From Waterburya sp. (GTDB lineage: Bacteria > Cyanobacteriota > Cyanobacteriia > Cyanobacteriales > Xenococcaceae), in assembly GCA_965217895.1 (NCBI GenBank), contig CBDCJV010000002.1, positions 1,472,001-1,536,000 of the forward strand: a stretch of 64,000 bases of DNA, given 5' to 3'. Below are positions 41,469 through 52,664 of this stretch, one piece after another. The notes under the pieces were generated by a model. The model was not told the DNA's origin, ran no database searches, and worked only from the letters and a program-made list of their open reading frames with translations. Positions within the stretch are counted from its first letter, which is position 1; each line of letters opens with the position of its first letter. A program made the translations under genes and the position numbers.

Positions 41469-41633
41469 ATCTCTTACTCCCAGATCTCTTACTCCCAAAA
41501 TCTTGATGGTCGGTTTTATAATTGCTCCAGATATTCCTGCCCTTGAAGCAGCAATAAAACTACCATCTTCTTCTAGAATATCTGCCGATAGATTCGCCTC
41601 AGTTAACAAGCTATTTAAATCTATTGTTTTCAT
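41446..41633 (-). pseudogene. 5' fragment of an Xre/MbcA/ParS-type antitoxin
   Basis: 'FIAASRAGISGAIIK..I..LG.RDLFISLLNT'; in-frame 15-bp tandem duplication at 41467-41496; no C-terminal domain or RES toxin. Confidence 0.45.
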
Positions 41634-41984
41634 AACCTTAAAGTATTTTCGTATACTTTACTATATTATAGCGTTTTTTTTACGGAAATATTAAACTCAG
41701 AAATCGAAAAAACCCACTTGCACTCTTTGCGATTATATTTATTTCATCTAATAACTAAAAACTAAAATTACCAATTATTTGCGACGGTGAACAGTCAACA
41801 CAAAAAAACTTTCAAGGGAGTTGAAAACAAATGGTTTTTTTGAACAACTGAACTATCAAAATAGTCTTGACAAGATCGCGATAAATTAAATCCCTTCTTT
41901 TCCAATGCTAAACCACATAGCTTTAGTTTTCTATGCTTATCAAGCCATTTGTGAAAATGTTCATCTCGTTTGCTAGAATCCTGC

Positions 41985-42370
41985 ATGAAAATATTGAAGC
42001 TATTGTTTCTTCGGAAATAGAATCAAGAACTTGCTTTAATTTTGTTCTTAATCAATCTAAACTATCGCAGTATTCCTAAGCTAATTTACTCTTAATATGT
42101 TCCCATAGACGTTCAATAAAATTAAGCTCAGGAGAATACAGATAGTAAATTGGAAATACCTCCTTGACAATATTTTTTTAGCCCCCGATATATCGTTGAT
42201 TCATCTCTTCCTAATTTTTGAGATAGTTCTTTTCACGAGCGCGATCGCACCTTGTTTAATCCAGTACAGCATTTGTACTCTTTCTTTAGTGCTGGAAGTT
42301 ACTGCATGGTGCAGTCGGTGTTTCAATTCCTCAACACTTTCATTGACTTCTACCTGAAATTTATTTCCCC
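41985..42370 (-). mobile_element. Internally deleted IS630 family remnant
   Basis: N-terminal 'ESVEELK....KERVQMLYWIK...LGRDESTIYR.LKKY..GG' joined directly to C-terminal 'YSPELNFIERLWEHIK' with stops. Confidence 0.85.
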
Positions 42371-42555
42371 TTCCTGATTACTGTTCAAGCCACTTATCGC
42401 CCCTACAGCTTCTGGGCTAGAAGGAGAAAAGGCGACAAAGATAGATGTAGCGGGTAAGATAATAGAATTTATTGTTAAAAATGCTTCTGAAAGCGAATAC
42501 TCTTCGGGTACGTTTCGCATTGGCATTAAGTATTAAGTATTAAGTATGAAATTAA

Positions 42556-43506
42556 GTGTCAGAAAATACGTTTGAAATTGCCAAGGAAATAATTGCACCA
42601 GGAAAGTTACGGCGTTTTGAGCTTCCTGTAAGCCGATTAGCCACTCAAACTTTAGTTTCTCTGCCTGTTACCGTGGTTAACGGCGTTGAGCCAGGTCCCA
42701 AATTATGGTTAAGCGCAGCTATTCATGGGGATGAAATTAATGGTGTAGAAATTATTGCTCAAATATTAAGCAGAATCAATCCTCAAAAGCTGCGAGGAAC
42801 TATTATTGCCGTTTCCATTGTCAATGTATTTGGCTTTATTGAACAATCGCGCTATCTTCCTGACAGAAGAGATTTGAACCGTTCTTTTCCTGGTTCAGAA
42901 AATGGTTCTTTGGCTTCTCAATTAGCCAATTTGTTTATGCGTGAAATTGTTCAGCGTAGCACCCACGGTATCGATCTACACACCGCAGCAGTTCATCGTA
43001 TTAACTTGCCTCAAATCCGCGCTAACTTAAAAGATGAAACTACTTATTGTTGTGCTAAAGCCTTTGGCGCACCTGTAATGATGCACGCTTCTACTAGGGA
43101 TGGATCTTTGCGCCATGCAGCCACGAGAAAAGGTATTCCTGTCTTATTGTATGAAGCAGGAGAAGCTTTGCGTTTTGACCCTTTGGCAATTGAGGTCGGA
43201 GTTAAGGGAATTTTACAGGTGATGAATTGCTTGGAGATGTATCAAGACGATCTGATTTCAACAGTCTCTGATTCTTGGGAAACTAAAAACAGCAAGTGGA
43301 TTCGGGCTTCTTGTGGAGGTATTTTTCATCTTGAAGTCAACCTAGGCGAGAAAGTTACTAAAAGACAAGAGTTAGGCTATATTACCAATGCTTTTGGAGA
43401 AAGGCGAGTTGCAGTCAGAGCTAGTGTTGAAGGTATGGTCATTAGCCATATTCAAAATCCTTTAGTTAATCAAGGTGATGCTATTATTCATTTGGCAATA
43501 ATTTGA
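42556..43506 (+). CDS. Succinylglutamate desuccinylase/aspartoacylase family protein
   Basis: 'AAIHGDEING', 'DLNRSFPG', 'IDLHT', 'LYEAGE'. Confidence 0.92.
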   Translation: MSENTFEIAKEIIAPGKLRRFELPVSRLATQTLVSLPVTVVNGVEPGPKLWLSAAIHGDEINGVEIIAQILSRINPQKLRGTIIAVSIVNVFGFIEQSRYLPDRRDLNRSFPGSENGSLASQLANLFMREIVQRSTHGIDLHTAAVHRINLPQIRANLKDETTYCCAKAFGAPVMMHASTRDGSLRHAATRKGIPVLLYEAGEALRFDPLAIEVGVKGILQVMNCLEMYQDDLISTVSDSWETKNSKWIRASCGGIFHLEVNLGEKVTKRQELGYITNAFGERRVAVRASVEGMVISHIQNPLVNQGDAIIHLAII

Positions 43507-43894
43507 TCGTACTTGTTTACCCAATGCTTTATCTGGGTATCTGAATTTTACAACTCAATGAAAAAATATATTAAGCTATAAGCTTTAATAGAATAAAATA
43601 GCTCATGCTGTTCTTTAAATTTAAGCATAACCAATAACGTATAGATTTAGATTATTTGATTTAGCTATGAACGTATTTGGTTTTAAAAGCTTAAAGCTAC
43701 AAGCTACGATAAGCGTAACTATTCAACATAGCTAATCCACATCAGGCGTTAAGTATTAAGTGCTAGATTTAAACATACCTCTCAGTGTTTTCTTGGATAG
43801 AAAGTTATCAAAAATAAGCTTGCTATAATATGCAAGGTACTTAATTTAATCTGAAAGTAACTATTTCTTATATTTATTTAAATATAGTAAGTAA

Positions 43895-44812
43895 ATGGAT
43901 GATTCATTCAAAAAAGATGAGCTTTCGACCTCTAAAATAAATAAACCTTTGGGAGAAACATTAATTGAAGCAGGTTTGATTTCAGCTATTCAATTGGAAA
44001 TTGCTCTAAAGCAACAGACAAAAAGTAATTTGAGAATTGGCGAAATTTTAGCTTCTCATAACTGGATTAAACTAAAAACTGCTGATTTCTTTGCCGAAAA
44101 GTGGGCTAGTTTGCTTCAACAAAAACAGAAAAAGCCATTGGTTTTCTATTTTCGTCACTCAGGTATTCTCGATGAAGAACAAATTGCCGAACTTTTGCTA
44201 GAACAAAAAAATCAGGAAAAACAAGTAAGATTTCATCGATTGGCAGTCGAAAAAGGTTATGTAAAGCAGACGACCGTAGACTTTTTTTTGGCAAATATTT
44301 TTAAAATCTATTATTCTAATGCTTTTTCTTTTGCTCAACCCTATGAAATACTTAGCAAATATAACAAAGGGGAAAAAAATTTTCATCGCACTGAATTATC
44401 AAAAGCCCCTTTGATGGGTGTAAGTTTAAAAGGTATTCAGCTAAATGGCTCTAACTTACGAGAAGCAAATTTGAGTAGCAGTAATTTGAGTAATGCCAGC
44501 TTAATTCAAACTAATTTAGCTTTAGTAGATTTGCTCAAATCAATTTTGACTGAGGTAAACTTTGAGAGAGCTAATCTGTGTCAGGCTAATTTACGGGAGG
44601 CACATTTAAAAGATGCTAACTTCACCAAAGCCAATCTACAAGGCGCAGATTTGACTGGAGCATATTTGTTAAACACTATTTTTGCGGGTGCAGACTTAAG
44701 AAAGAGTAGATTATCCACGAAATATCCCTACGAAGTTTATTACGATGCAGATACTATTTTTGATGATGATTTTGATCCGCAACAGGCTGGATGGAAAAAA
44801 ATAACCAGCTAG
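43895..44812 (+). CDS. Pentapeptide-repeat protein with N-terminal MshEN-like domain
   Basis: 'PLGETLIEAGLIS..QLEIAL..Q....RIGEIL'; A(N/D)LXX repeats in the C-terminal half. Confidence 0.8.
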   Translation: MDDSFKKDELSTSKINKPLGETLIEAGLISAIQLEIALKQQTKSNLRIGEILASHNWIKLKTADFFAEKWASLLQQKQKKPLVFYFRHSGILDEEQIAELLLEQKNQEKQVRFHRLAVEKGYVKQTTVDFFLANIFKIYYSNAFSFAQPYEILSKYNKGEKNFHRTELSKAPLMGVSLKGIQLNGSNLREANLSSSNLSNASLIQTNLALVDLLKSILTEVNFERANLCQANLREAHLKDANFTKANLQGADLTGAYLLNTIFAGADLRKSRLSTKYPYEVYYDADTIFDDDFDPQQAGWKKITS

Positions 44813-44839
44813 TAGCATTTTTGTCCAAACAGCAATAAA

Positions 44840-46360
44840 TCACAGTCTCAAATCGACTGCGACACGATGCCCACAACTCATACCCGAAAAAGCAACAGCA
44901 TTTAAACCTTGACCAGGGAAAGTACTATCCCCAACACAATATAGTCCTGAGATCTTGGTACGATTAAAAGGCATTCCCAATAAACCAGCCAGCTTACGGC
45001 GAGGAATAGGACCATAGGTGCCATCTTCTCTGCCTAAGAAACGGCGATGAGTCCGAGGTGTGCCAACTTCTTGATAGTCTAATGCTGCCGATAGTCCAGG
45101 AAATATTGTTTCGAGTCTTTTAATTAGACTAGCGGCGGCTTCTTCTTTTTTGGCTTGATACTCATGAGGAGTCAATCCTTGCCACTCTTCGATCCAGCTA
45201 GGGGTAAAGCTATGAATAATATGATGTCCTTCTGGAGCTAAACTAGGCTCAAGTAAAGTAGGAATAGAGACAAAGATAGTTCCTTGGCTGTCTTCAAGCT
45301 TGTCCCAATTTTCGAGGATAATATGATGACATTCCGTACCTTCAGGTAAAACTTTGGCATCAACCCCTAAGTGTAGACTAAGAAAGCTAGGAGATTTTTT
45401 ATATCTTTGTTGCCACTTTTGTTCTTTTTTGGGAGTATTTGCTGAAGGAATAAGTTTACCAAAAGTATCCCATCTAGTAGCGTTGGAAACGACTTTTTTA
45501 GCGCGATATTCCTTGCCCTCAGCGGTTTTGACCCCCACTGCTTTACCGTTTTCTAGCAGAATATTAGTAACTCTGGTTTTGTATTTAATTTCTCCACCTA
45601 CCTTAATTAATCCCTCAGCCAGCTTTTGAGCAATTTGCCCGACACCGCCTTTGGGGTAGTTAATGCCTCCATAATGGCGATCGCTAAATACCATTCCCGC
45701 ATTAATCATGGGTGTCTTCGCAGCAGGGACAACTGACCAGCAATAGCATTCCATGTCAATAAACTTTAGCAGTTGAGGATCGCTGATATGTTTACGAGCA
45801 ATATCTCCCGCATTAGTAGGTAAATACTTTGCTAAACCCAAACAAGATAATGGCTTCTGGAAAAACACTCGCATCAGATAGCGAGGTTCTTCTAATGAAA
45901 GCAACTCCATCGAGTTGAGGTAATTAAACACATCCCAACATTCGCCATAAAAACCGCGAATACCTTCTTCTTCGTGGGGAAAAATAGCAACTAGTTCTTG
46001 TAAAAATTCTTCGTAGTCGCGATGAACCTTGAGTTCTAAATCATCTGGTAAATGGTAATGAATTTGAACTGGATCGGCAATGGCTTCAATCTTCATATCT
46101 ACCGCATCTAAAGCGCGAGTTAGTAAATTGGTTGTTCCTTTGTCGCCCAAACCAAAAATCATTGATGCACCAACATCAAAGCGATAGCCTTCTCGCTCAA
46201 AATAGCCGCCACTACCACCAGGAATCAAATAACGTTCTAAAACTAATACTTTTGCTCCTTTGGCTGCTAATTGGGTAGCCGTAACTAAACCCCCAATGCC
46301 AGAACCAATAACTACCACATCATAAGCTGTAGTAGGAGTGATTGTTGCAGTCGCGCTCAT
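44840..46360 (-). CDS. crtH: Carotenoid isomerase
   Basis: GSGIGG FAD motif, '[10 protein letters not shown]', '[13 protein letters not shown]', '[17 protein letters not shown]'. Confidence 0.93.
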   Translation of the reverse strand: MSATATITPTTAYDVVVIGSGIGGLVTATQLAAKGAKVLVLERYLIPGGSGGYFEREGYRFDVGASMIFGLGDKGTTNLLTRALDAVDMKIEAIADPVQIHYHLPDDLELKVHRDYEEFLQELVAIFPHEEEGIRGFYGECWDVFNYLNSMELLSLEEPRYLMRVFFQKPLSCLGLAKYLPTNAGDIARKHISDPQLLKFIDMECYCWSVVPAAKTPMINAGMVFSDRHYGGINYPKGGVGQIAQKLAEGLIKVGGEIKYKTRVTNILLENGKAVGVKTAEGKEYRAKKVVSNATRWDTFGKLIPSANTPKKEQKWQQRYKKSPSFLSLHLGVDAKVLPEGTECHHIILENWDKLEDSQGTIFVSIPTLLEPSLAPEGHHIIHSFTPSWIEEWQGLTPHEYQAKKEEAAASLIKRLETIFPGLSAALDYQEVGTPRTHRRFLGREDGTYGPIPRRKLAGLLGMPFNRTKISGLYCVGDSTFPGQGLNAVAFSGMSCGHRVAVDLRL

Positions 46361-46533
46361 AAATTGTAAAAATGATAAAAAAATTTCAATTGATGCTTTT
46401 GTTAAATATATAGTCTACTAAAATTATCTCGCGCAAAGACGCAAAGAAGGTAAATATACATTTAAATGTAACTCGGTATCAGTAAACTCTAAGCGGATAA
46501 ATGTAGGCGATCGCGGCTTCATTAACCATTCAT

Positions 46534-46839
46534 TCATTTTAGACTATCGTGTTCTGTCAAAATCCGCTCTACCCTTGCTTCTTCAATTCTGGTGGTCAAT
46601 TTTTTCCCTTCATGAATGTCTCTTTGAGTTTTAGTTAAGCTAATAGTTGAACCAACGGTAAAGGTCAATCCCATGCCCATAAAACCTTTGACCCAACCAT
46701 CTACGGGTAAGTATAATATTCCTATCGCCGTAGCCGAAATAGAAAGAACAAAAGATAACCAAGTTTGAATTACCCAAGCTGAACTATGATCTTGATTAAT
46801 TGATTTTCTGCTCATTACCATAACTTGCTCCACAGACAA
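46534..46839 (-). CDS. YiaA/YiaB two-helix inner membrane protein
   Basis: 'IGILYLPVDGWVKGFMGMG..F.V.STISL.KT.RD.HE'. Confidence 0.85.
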   Translation of the reverse strand: MSVEQVMVMSRKSINQDHSSAWVIQTWLSFVLSISATAIGILYLPVDGWVKGFMGMGLTFTVGSTISLTKTQRDIHEGKKLTTRIEEARVERILTEHDSLK

Positions 46840-46977
46840 AGTTTAATTACCAAATATTTTATAAAAGTCTGTTGTTCTAAAACTACAGTTAGATGACAGT
46901 TACTTGATTGGATTGATAGATGCGATCGCATCTCAGCTATTATTCTCTAAATAATTATTTAAAGTACTAAACTTGAA

Positions 46978-48156
46978 ATGTCATTCACCAGCCAAAATTT
47001 AAACTCGCGCATGGATCGGGTACAGCTACCGCTGATTCCTTTTGTGAGTGAATTAATTCAGCGCAATCCAGGCACAATATCATTAGGACAGGGCGTAGTT
47101 GCTTATCCGCCACCAGAAAAAGCGATCGCCTCATTGCAATCATTTTTAGCTCAACCAAACAATCATTTATACCAAGCCGTCACGGGAATTGAACCCTTAA
47201 TAGAAGCGATCAAGACTAAACTTGCTCAGGATAACAAAATTAAAGTTGGAGATCGACACTGCATTGTTGTGACTGCTGGCAGCAATATGGCATTTATGAA
47301 TGCAGTCCTAGGGATTACCAAGGCAGGAGACGAAATTATCCTTAATACTCCCTATTACTTTAATCATGAGATGGCAATTACCATGGCTAATTGTCATTCC
47401 GTATTAGTTAGCACCGATGCTCAATATCAGCTAGATATCGAGGCTATATCAAAAGCAGTTACACCAAAAACCAAGGCGATTGTGACTATTTCGCCCAACA
47501 ATCCCACGGGAGCAATATATAATGAGCATAGCTTAAAGGCAGTTAATAATCTCTGTCGCGATCGCGGTATTTATCATATTAGCGATGAGGCTTATGAATA
47601 CTTTACCTACGATGGAGTTAAGCATACTTCTCCTGGTGCTTTTGCAGGTAGCCAAGCCCATACTATTTCTCTTTTTAGCCTCTCCAAAGCCTATGGTTTT
47701 GCTAGCTGGCGCATTGGCTATATGTTTATTCCTCAACACTTGTTAATGCCAATTAAAAAAATACAGGATACCAATTTAATTTGTCCTCCAGTAGTTTCTC
47801 AATATGCGGCATTGGGTGCATTAGAAACAGGAATTAGCTATTGTCAACAACATTTACCAGAGATTGCCAAAGTAAGAGCTATTTTTGCCGAACAGCTAAA
47901 GTCAATTCCAGAAATCTGTAACGTTACCACTGGAGATGGGGCGTTTTATTTCTTTCTGAAAATTAATACCGATCTCAATGACCTAGATTTAGTTAAGCAG
48001 CTAGTCGAAAAACACCAGGTAGCAGTAATCCCTGGTAGCACTTTTGGTATGGAAAATGGCTGTTATCTCAGGGTGGCATATGGTAGTCTGCAACTGTCTA
48101 CTGCTGAAGCGGGAATTGAGCGATTGATTAGCGGTTTAAAAAATATCTGTAGATGA
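46978..48156 (+). CDS. PLP-dependent aminotransferase class I/II
   Basis: 'SPNNPTG', 'SDEAY', 'SLSKAYGFASWRIG'. Confidence 0.92.
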   Translation: MSFTSQNLNSRMDRVQLPLIPFVSELIQRNPGTISLGQGVVAYPPPEKAIASLQSFLAQPNNHLYQAVTGIEPLIEAIKTKLAQDNKIKVGDRHCIVVTAGSNMAFMNAVLGITKAGDEIILNTPYYFNHEMAITMANCHSVLVSTDAQYQLDIEAISKAVTPKTKAIVTISPNNPTGAIYNEHSLKAVNNLCRDRGIYHISDEAYEYFTYDGVKHTSPGAFAGSQAHTISLFSLSKAYGFASWRIGYMFIPQHLLMPIKKIQDTNLICPPVVSQYAALGALETGISYCQQHLPEIAKVRAIFAEQLKSIPEICNVTTGDGAFYFFLKINTDLNDLDLVKQLVEKHQVAVIPGSTFGMENGCYLRVAYGSLQLSTAEAGIERLISGLKNICR

Positions 48157-48208
48157 TTTCTAATCTAGTTTTGCAGTTTATGATATAAAAGAGCGGGTTA
48201 AAAGGAGA

Positions 48209-48631
48209 TTGATGACTCAAATTAAGTTAATGCACGGCAAGCTTCATCGCGTCAGGGTTACAGAAGCTAATGTAAATTATGTAGGCAGTATCACTATTGA
48301 TCGAGACTTAATGGATAAAGTCGGCATCCTGCCTTTAGAAGAGGTAGATGTAATTAACCTAGACAACGGCAAACGCTGGACTACTTACGCGATCTCAGGA
48401 GAAGCAGGTACAGGAGAAATCTGCCCTAATGGTGGTGCAGCCTTGTTATGTAAACCTGGAGATCTCTTGATTATTATTGCCTACGAATATTGCGATCGCG
48501 CTCAGGTTATGAGTGATGGACATCAGGCAAAGGTAATTGTAGCTGATGAAAACAATCGCTGTCAAAAGTTTATTGAACAGAATCTGGTTGTTAATGGCGA
48601 TCGCTTAGAGCTATTTCAACCGCTTAATTGA
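48209..48631 (+). CDS. panD: Aspartate 1-decarboxylase
   Basis: '[21 protein letters not shown]' (Gly-Ser autocleavage), 'NGKRWTTY', 'NGGAA'. Confidence 0.95.
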   Translation: MMTQIKLMHGKLHRVRVTEANVNYVGSITIDRDLMDKVGILPLEEVDVINLDNGKRWTTYAISGEAGTGEICPNGGAALLCKPGDLLIIIAYEYCDRAQVMSDGHQAKVIVADENNRCQKFIEQNLVVNGDRLELFQPLN

Positions 48632-48794
48632 GCGAGGAAGGTTGAGCAATTTAAATAACTAATATTACTGCGCTTTTCAGTTGAGTAGAATACACAAGTT
48701 TATTCTGAAAAGCTAAAAGCTAAAAGCTTATAGCTAATAGCTAAAAACCAGTTAATCCCGAACGTAGTCTATCCAATTGAAAACTGCTGTAAAT

Positions 48795-49676
48795 ATGACT
48801 CAGGAGCAAACTAAGAGCAAACCAACTTGGCAGAAGGTAATACATCTCTTGCGTTGGGATAAACCAGCGGGAAGACTAATTTTGATGATTCCTGCCCTGT
48901 GGGCTGTGTTTTTGGCTGCTAAAGGAACACCTCCTGTTCCTTTAGTGGGCGTGATAATTTTAGGTACTTTAGCCACTAGTGCAGCAGGGTGTGTAGTTAA
49001 CGATCTCTGGGATAAAGATATTGACCCCCAGGTAGCTAGAACAAAATCTCGCCCTTTAGCATCCCGCGCCCTGTCAGTAAAAGTGGGAATTGCTATTTTT
49101 ATGGTTGCTCTAATCTGCGCTGCCATACTAGCCATTTATCTCAATCCTCTCAGCTTTATTCTCTGTGTAGCTGCTGTTCCTTTGATTGTTTTCTATCCCT
49201 TGGCAAAGCGTGTATTTCCTGTTCCTCAGCTAGTTTTATCCTTAGCTTGGGGTTTTGCCGTGTTAATTAGCTGGACTGCCGTAACCGCAAACATTGAGCC
49301 TGCTACCTGGTTGCTTTGGGGTGCAACCGTAGCCTGGACGATGGGTTTTGATACAGGTTATGCCCTATCCGACCGAGAAGATGATTTAAAAGTTGGCATC
49401 AATTCTAGTGCGATCTTTTTTGGTAAATATACCCCAGGCGCGATCGCTATTTTTTATGCTATTACAGTAAGTTTATTGGCTTACTTAGGCTTGATGCTAG
49501 CTTTGGGTTTGGCTTTCTGGGTAAGTCTAGCTTTAGCTTTTGCTGGCTGGACATGGCAATATCTAAAACTGCGTCAGCCGAATATACCTCGTTCTGTTTA
49601 CGGCAAAGTTTTGAAACAAAATGTCTGGTTAGGTTTTATCTTATTAGCAGGAATGATCCTAGGTTATTTAGCTTGA
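48795..49676 (+). CDS. plqA: 4-hydroxybenzoate solanesyltransferase (UbiA family)
   Basis: 'LRWDKPAG', 'NDLWDKDID..V.RT..RPLAS', 'DTGYALSDREDD'. Confidence 0.9.
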   Translation: MTQEQTKSKPTWQKVIHLLRWDKPAGRLILMIPALWAVFLAAKGTPPVPLVGVIILGTLATSAAGCVVNDLWDKDIDPQVARTKSRPLASRALSVKVGIAIFMVALICAAILAIYLNPLSFILCVAAVPLIVFYPLAKRVFPVPQLVLSLAWGFAVLISWTAVTANIEPATWLLWGATVAWTMGFDTGYALSDREDDLKVGINSSAIFFGKYTPGAIAIFYAITVSLLAYLGLMLALGLAFWVSLALAFAGWTWQYLKLRQPNIPRSVYGKVLKQNVWLGFILLAGMILGYLA

Positions 49677-49800
49677 AGATTTATTTGTAGAAAAAGCTTT
49701 CATCATCAGGGTATTATTTTATGGACTTGTCAATGAAATTCCTTCTAATCTGGATTAGAGAGAAGTTTTTGACATTTTGTAACCAAATATTGAGGAGATT

Positions 49801-50250
49801 ATGGAACGCACTTTTATCATGATTAAACCCGATGGCGTACAGCGTCATCTAACAGGTGAAATTATCGATCGCTTTGAAACTAAAGGTTTTACCCTAGTAG
49901 GACTAAAAATGATGCAGGTTTCTCGCGAACTAGCTGAAAAACATTATGGTGTTCATAAAGAAAGACCTTTTTTCAATAGCCTAATTGAATTTATTACTTC
50001 TGCGCCAGTAATTGCGATGGTGTGGGAAGGCGATAGTGCAGTTAGTGCTGCCAGAAACCTAATTGGCGCGACTAATCCTGTGACCGCTGCGCCTGGTTCA
50101 ATACGCGGCGATCTCGGAGTTAGTATTGGACGCAATTTGATTCATGGTTCGGATGCGATTGAAACCGCCCAAACAGAAGTAGCCTTATGGTTTCAAGAAG
50201 AAGAATTAATCAGCTGGAAACCTGTTAGAAAACCCTGGCTCTACGAATAA
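49801..50250 (+). CDS. ndk: Nucleoside diphosphate kinase
   Basis: '[12 protein letters not shown]', 'NLIHGSD'. Confidence 0.97.
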   Translation: MERTFIMIKPDGVQRHLTGEIIDRFETKGFTLVGLKMMQVSRELAEKHYGVHKERPFFNSLIEFITSAPVIAMVWEGDSAVSAARNLIGATNPVTAAPGSIRGDLGVSIGRNLIHGSDAIETAQTEVALWFQEEELISWKPVRKPWLYE

Positions 50251-50257
50251 ATAAAAC

Positions 50258-50297
50258 TAGGAGAATTAGAGACGGCAAAGCTTATTTAATTCTCCTA
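50258..50297. terminator. Inverted repeat between convergent genes
   Basis: TAGGAGAATTA / TAATTCTCCTA. Confidence 0.45.
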
Positions 50298-50681
50298 TTC
50301 CTCTTCATAATCTTGATTTGCCAGAGCAAATAAGCCACAAATAGCACAGGTCATCATACCTAAAGCGATCGCCCAACTGCTGCCACCAAAGCTAATATCT
50401 ATCAGCCAATTGGTTAATGCCCCGACAACTAAAAAAGGCACAATGCCCAGTATCGAAGCATAAAAAGCATTTTGTGACTCTCTGGTAGGACGAGTTGCAT
50501 CAAATTCTTCAACGGAAGTATAAAGCCACTTTTCAGCAAAGTTCAACCATCTCTCTAATTGTTTACTAATCCAGCTTTTTGCTGAATCTAAACCAATATA
50601 CAAAGCTAAAGACCAGATACAACTTCCTGCAATACTTACTGTATCTAGGTCAAAAACAAAGGGAACAAAATTAATTTTCAT
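50295..50681 (-). CDS. Conserved cyanobacterial membrane protein
   Basis: Three hydrophobic helices; 'RESQNAFYAS'. Confidence 0.7.
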   Translation of the reverse strand: MKINFVPFVFDLDTVSIAGSCIWSLALYIGLDSAKSWISKQLERWLNFAEKWLYTSVEEFDATRPTRESQNAFYASILGIVPFLVVGALTNWLIDISFGGSSWAIALGMMTCAICGLFALANQDYEEE

Positions 50682-51027
50682 ACTTATTGGTAAATATTTA
50701 TTTCTAATGTGTTTCGATTTGCTTGAAGGTGGGGCATAAGTTCATCAAAACTTTATCAGTATGGCTTTGAACTCAAAGATATGATGGGTACCTATAAGTA
50801 CTTTAGTTTAGTATTGCTGGTCAAAAAATTAAAGAGTATCCTAATAAAGGTCTTTCAGCTTTCGTAAAAAAGTTGTTTATTTTCCTGCCAATTATTACTT
50901 AAAAATTATCTATTATCTGCTAAAAATGCTTTGGGGAACTTTATTATGTTTAATTTCTAAAAAAAAGCTAGAAAACTTATTTTTAAACCACTAAGCACTA
51001 ATCTATTATATTGATGAGCCAAAATTA

Positions 51028-51660
51028 ATGAGCTACAAATCAAGAGTTCGATGGAGTCGTTTACTCGGCACTACAACAGCGACTTTCGTAATTTCATTTG
51101 GATTTCAAAACTGGAAGATACTTCAAACTGAAGCTTCGGATCTACCTAAAGATAATTTAATTGCTCAAGATGTCTCTGCTATTTGGGAAAAAGGCTCTTT
51201 TCCTGTGGAAAACTTTGAATCTTATACCTCTCCATTTGGTTATCGAATTAATCCTGTTACCAGAGTACGACAATTTCATAATGGTTTGGATCTAGCTGCC
51301 CCTCTGGGTAGCTATATTCGTAGCTGGTGGGGTGGCAAAGTAATTAAACTATCAGACGATGGTGCTTGCGGTACATCCGTGACTATTCAGTCAGGAGCAT
51401 GGGAACACATCTACTGTCACATGGAAGGATCTGTAGAAACATCTTCTCAAGGTACTTATCTTATAGACCGTCCTGGCGGTATTCAACTTGTTGAGGGACA
51501 AGATGTACCCGCAGGAGCGAGAATTGGTCGGGTTGGCATAAGCGGCAGAACTACTGGTCCTCATTTGCATTGGACACTCAAATATAATGGAAATTATGTA
51601 GATCCTGCTTTAGTTCTCAAAGAAATGTTTAAGCGTCAGACTATTTCTTCCTCATCATGA
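51028..51660 (+). CDS. M23 family metallopeptidase
   Basis: 'HNGLD', 'YCH', 'GRTTGPHLH'. Confidence 0.92.
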   Translation: MSYKSRVRWSRLLGTTTATFVISFGFQNWKILQTEASDLPKDNLIAQDVSAIWEKGSFPVENFESYTSPFGYRINPVTRVRQFHNGLDLAAPLGSYIRSWWGGKVIKLSDDGACGTSVTIQSGAWEHIYCHMEGSVETSSQGTYLIDRPGGIQLVEGQDVPAGARIGRVGISGRTTGPHLHWTLKYNGNYVDPALVLKEMFKRQTISSSS

Positions 51661-51696
51661 ATTACACAAAACGTGAATTGCTTTTGTTCTGAATTT

Positions 51697-51945
51697 TTAA
51701 TTTTGGCTCTTAACTTTTTGAGAAGTTATATAGTCGGCAAATGCCTTGGGATAAAGAATTAAAAAGTATACCCACCAAACGGTAATTAGGACAGATACGC
51801 CAAGAGTAATCCAAATAGTATGCAGTATTAGCCAGCTAGCTGAAATTATAGTCAGTCCCGCCAAAATAATTGACCAGGGTTGACACCAGCCAGGTTTATA
51901 GTCCCAGACGCTGGTAGATTCAGAATTAGATTGAGTTTCGATCAT
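51697..51945 (-). CDS. Small membrane protein (DUF6737-like)
   Basis: 'W.YKP.WCQPWSI.L.G'; two TMs; overlaps the rph stop. Confidence 0.7.
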   Translation of the reverse strand: MIETQSNSESTSVWDYKPGWCQPWSIILAGLTIISASWLILHTIWITLGVSVLITVWWVYFLILYPKAFADYITSQKVKSQN

Positions 51946-52664
51946 CTCTGCAATGCTGCCTGTTGAGCTTCGAGTAGTTCTTTTATTCCTGTTTCTGCTA
52001 AGTCTAGCATTTGATTTAATTGCGATCGCGTCATACTATTAGATTCTGCCGTTCCTTGAATTTCAATTATTTCTAGCTTACTATTCATAACTACGTTTAA
52101 ATCTACGTCTGCTGCCACATCTTCAGGGTAGTCTAAATCTAGAAACCCTTCGCCATCAATTAAGCCGACTGAAACCGCAGCCACAGGCTTCAATAGAGGC
52201 GATTTTTTAAGTTCTCCTGCTGCAATCAGCTTATCAATTCCGTGAGCTAATGCCACATAGCTGCCTGTAATTGATGCAGTGCGTGTTCCTGCATCTGCCT
52301 GTAATACATCCGCGTCGATGGTAATTGTTCTTTCACCAAAACCCTTAAGATTAATAGCTGCTCTCAAACTCCGTCCGATCAACCTTTGTATTTCTTGAGT
52401 ACGTCCTGAAAGCTTCATCAACTCTCTAGAATGACGGGTATTTGTTGCTCCTGGTAACATCCTATATTCTGCCGTCAGCCAACCTTGACCACTATTAAGC
52501 AAAAACCTAGGAACTCTATCCTCAATACTAACGGTACAAAGAACTTTCGTTTTGCCACACTCAATAATCACCGACGATAAAGGATTATCAATAAAATCTA
52601 GCTGAAACCTGTGAGGGCGGAGTTGGTTAGGTTGACGATTATCAGAACGTTGCCAAGACACCAT
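51942..52664 (-). CDS. rph: Ribonuclease PH
   Basis: '[14 protein letters not shown]', '[11 protein letters not shown]', '[12 protein letters not shown]'. Confidence 0.96.
   Translation of the reverse strand: MVSWQRSDNRQPNQLRPHRFQLDFIDNPLSSVIIECGKTKVLCTVSIEDRVPRFLLNSGQGWLTAEYRMLPGATNTRHSRELMKLSGRTQEIQRLIGRSLRAAINLKGFGERTITIDADVLQADAGTRTASITGSYVALAHGIDKLIAAGELKKSPLLKPVAAVSVGLIDGEGFLDLDYPEDVAADVDLNVVMNSKLEIIEIQGTAESNSMTRSQLNQMLDLAETGIKELLEAQQAALQR

Noticed and set aside
41795..41986. 63-aa ORF in the decayed island
   Set aside because: Its start lies at the end of the IS630 relic; it may be a gene fragment but no family was recognisable.
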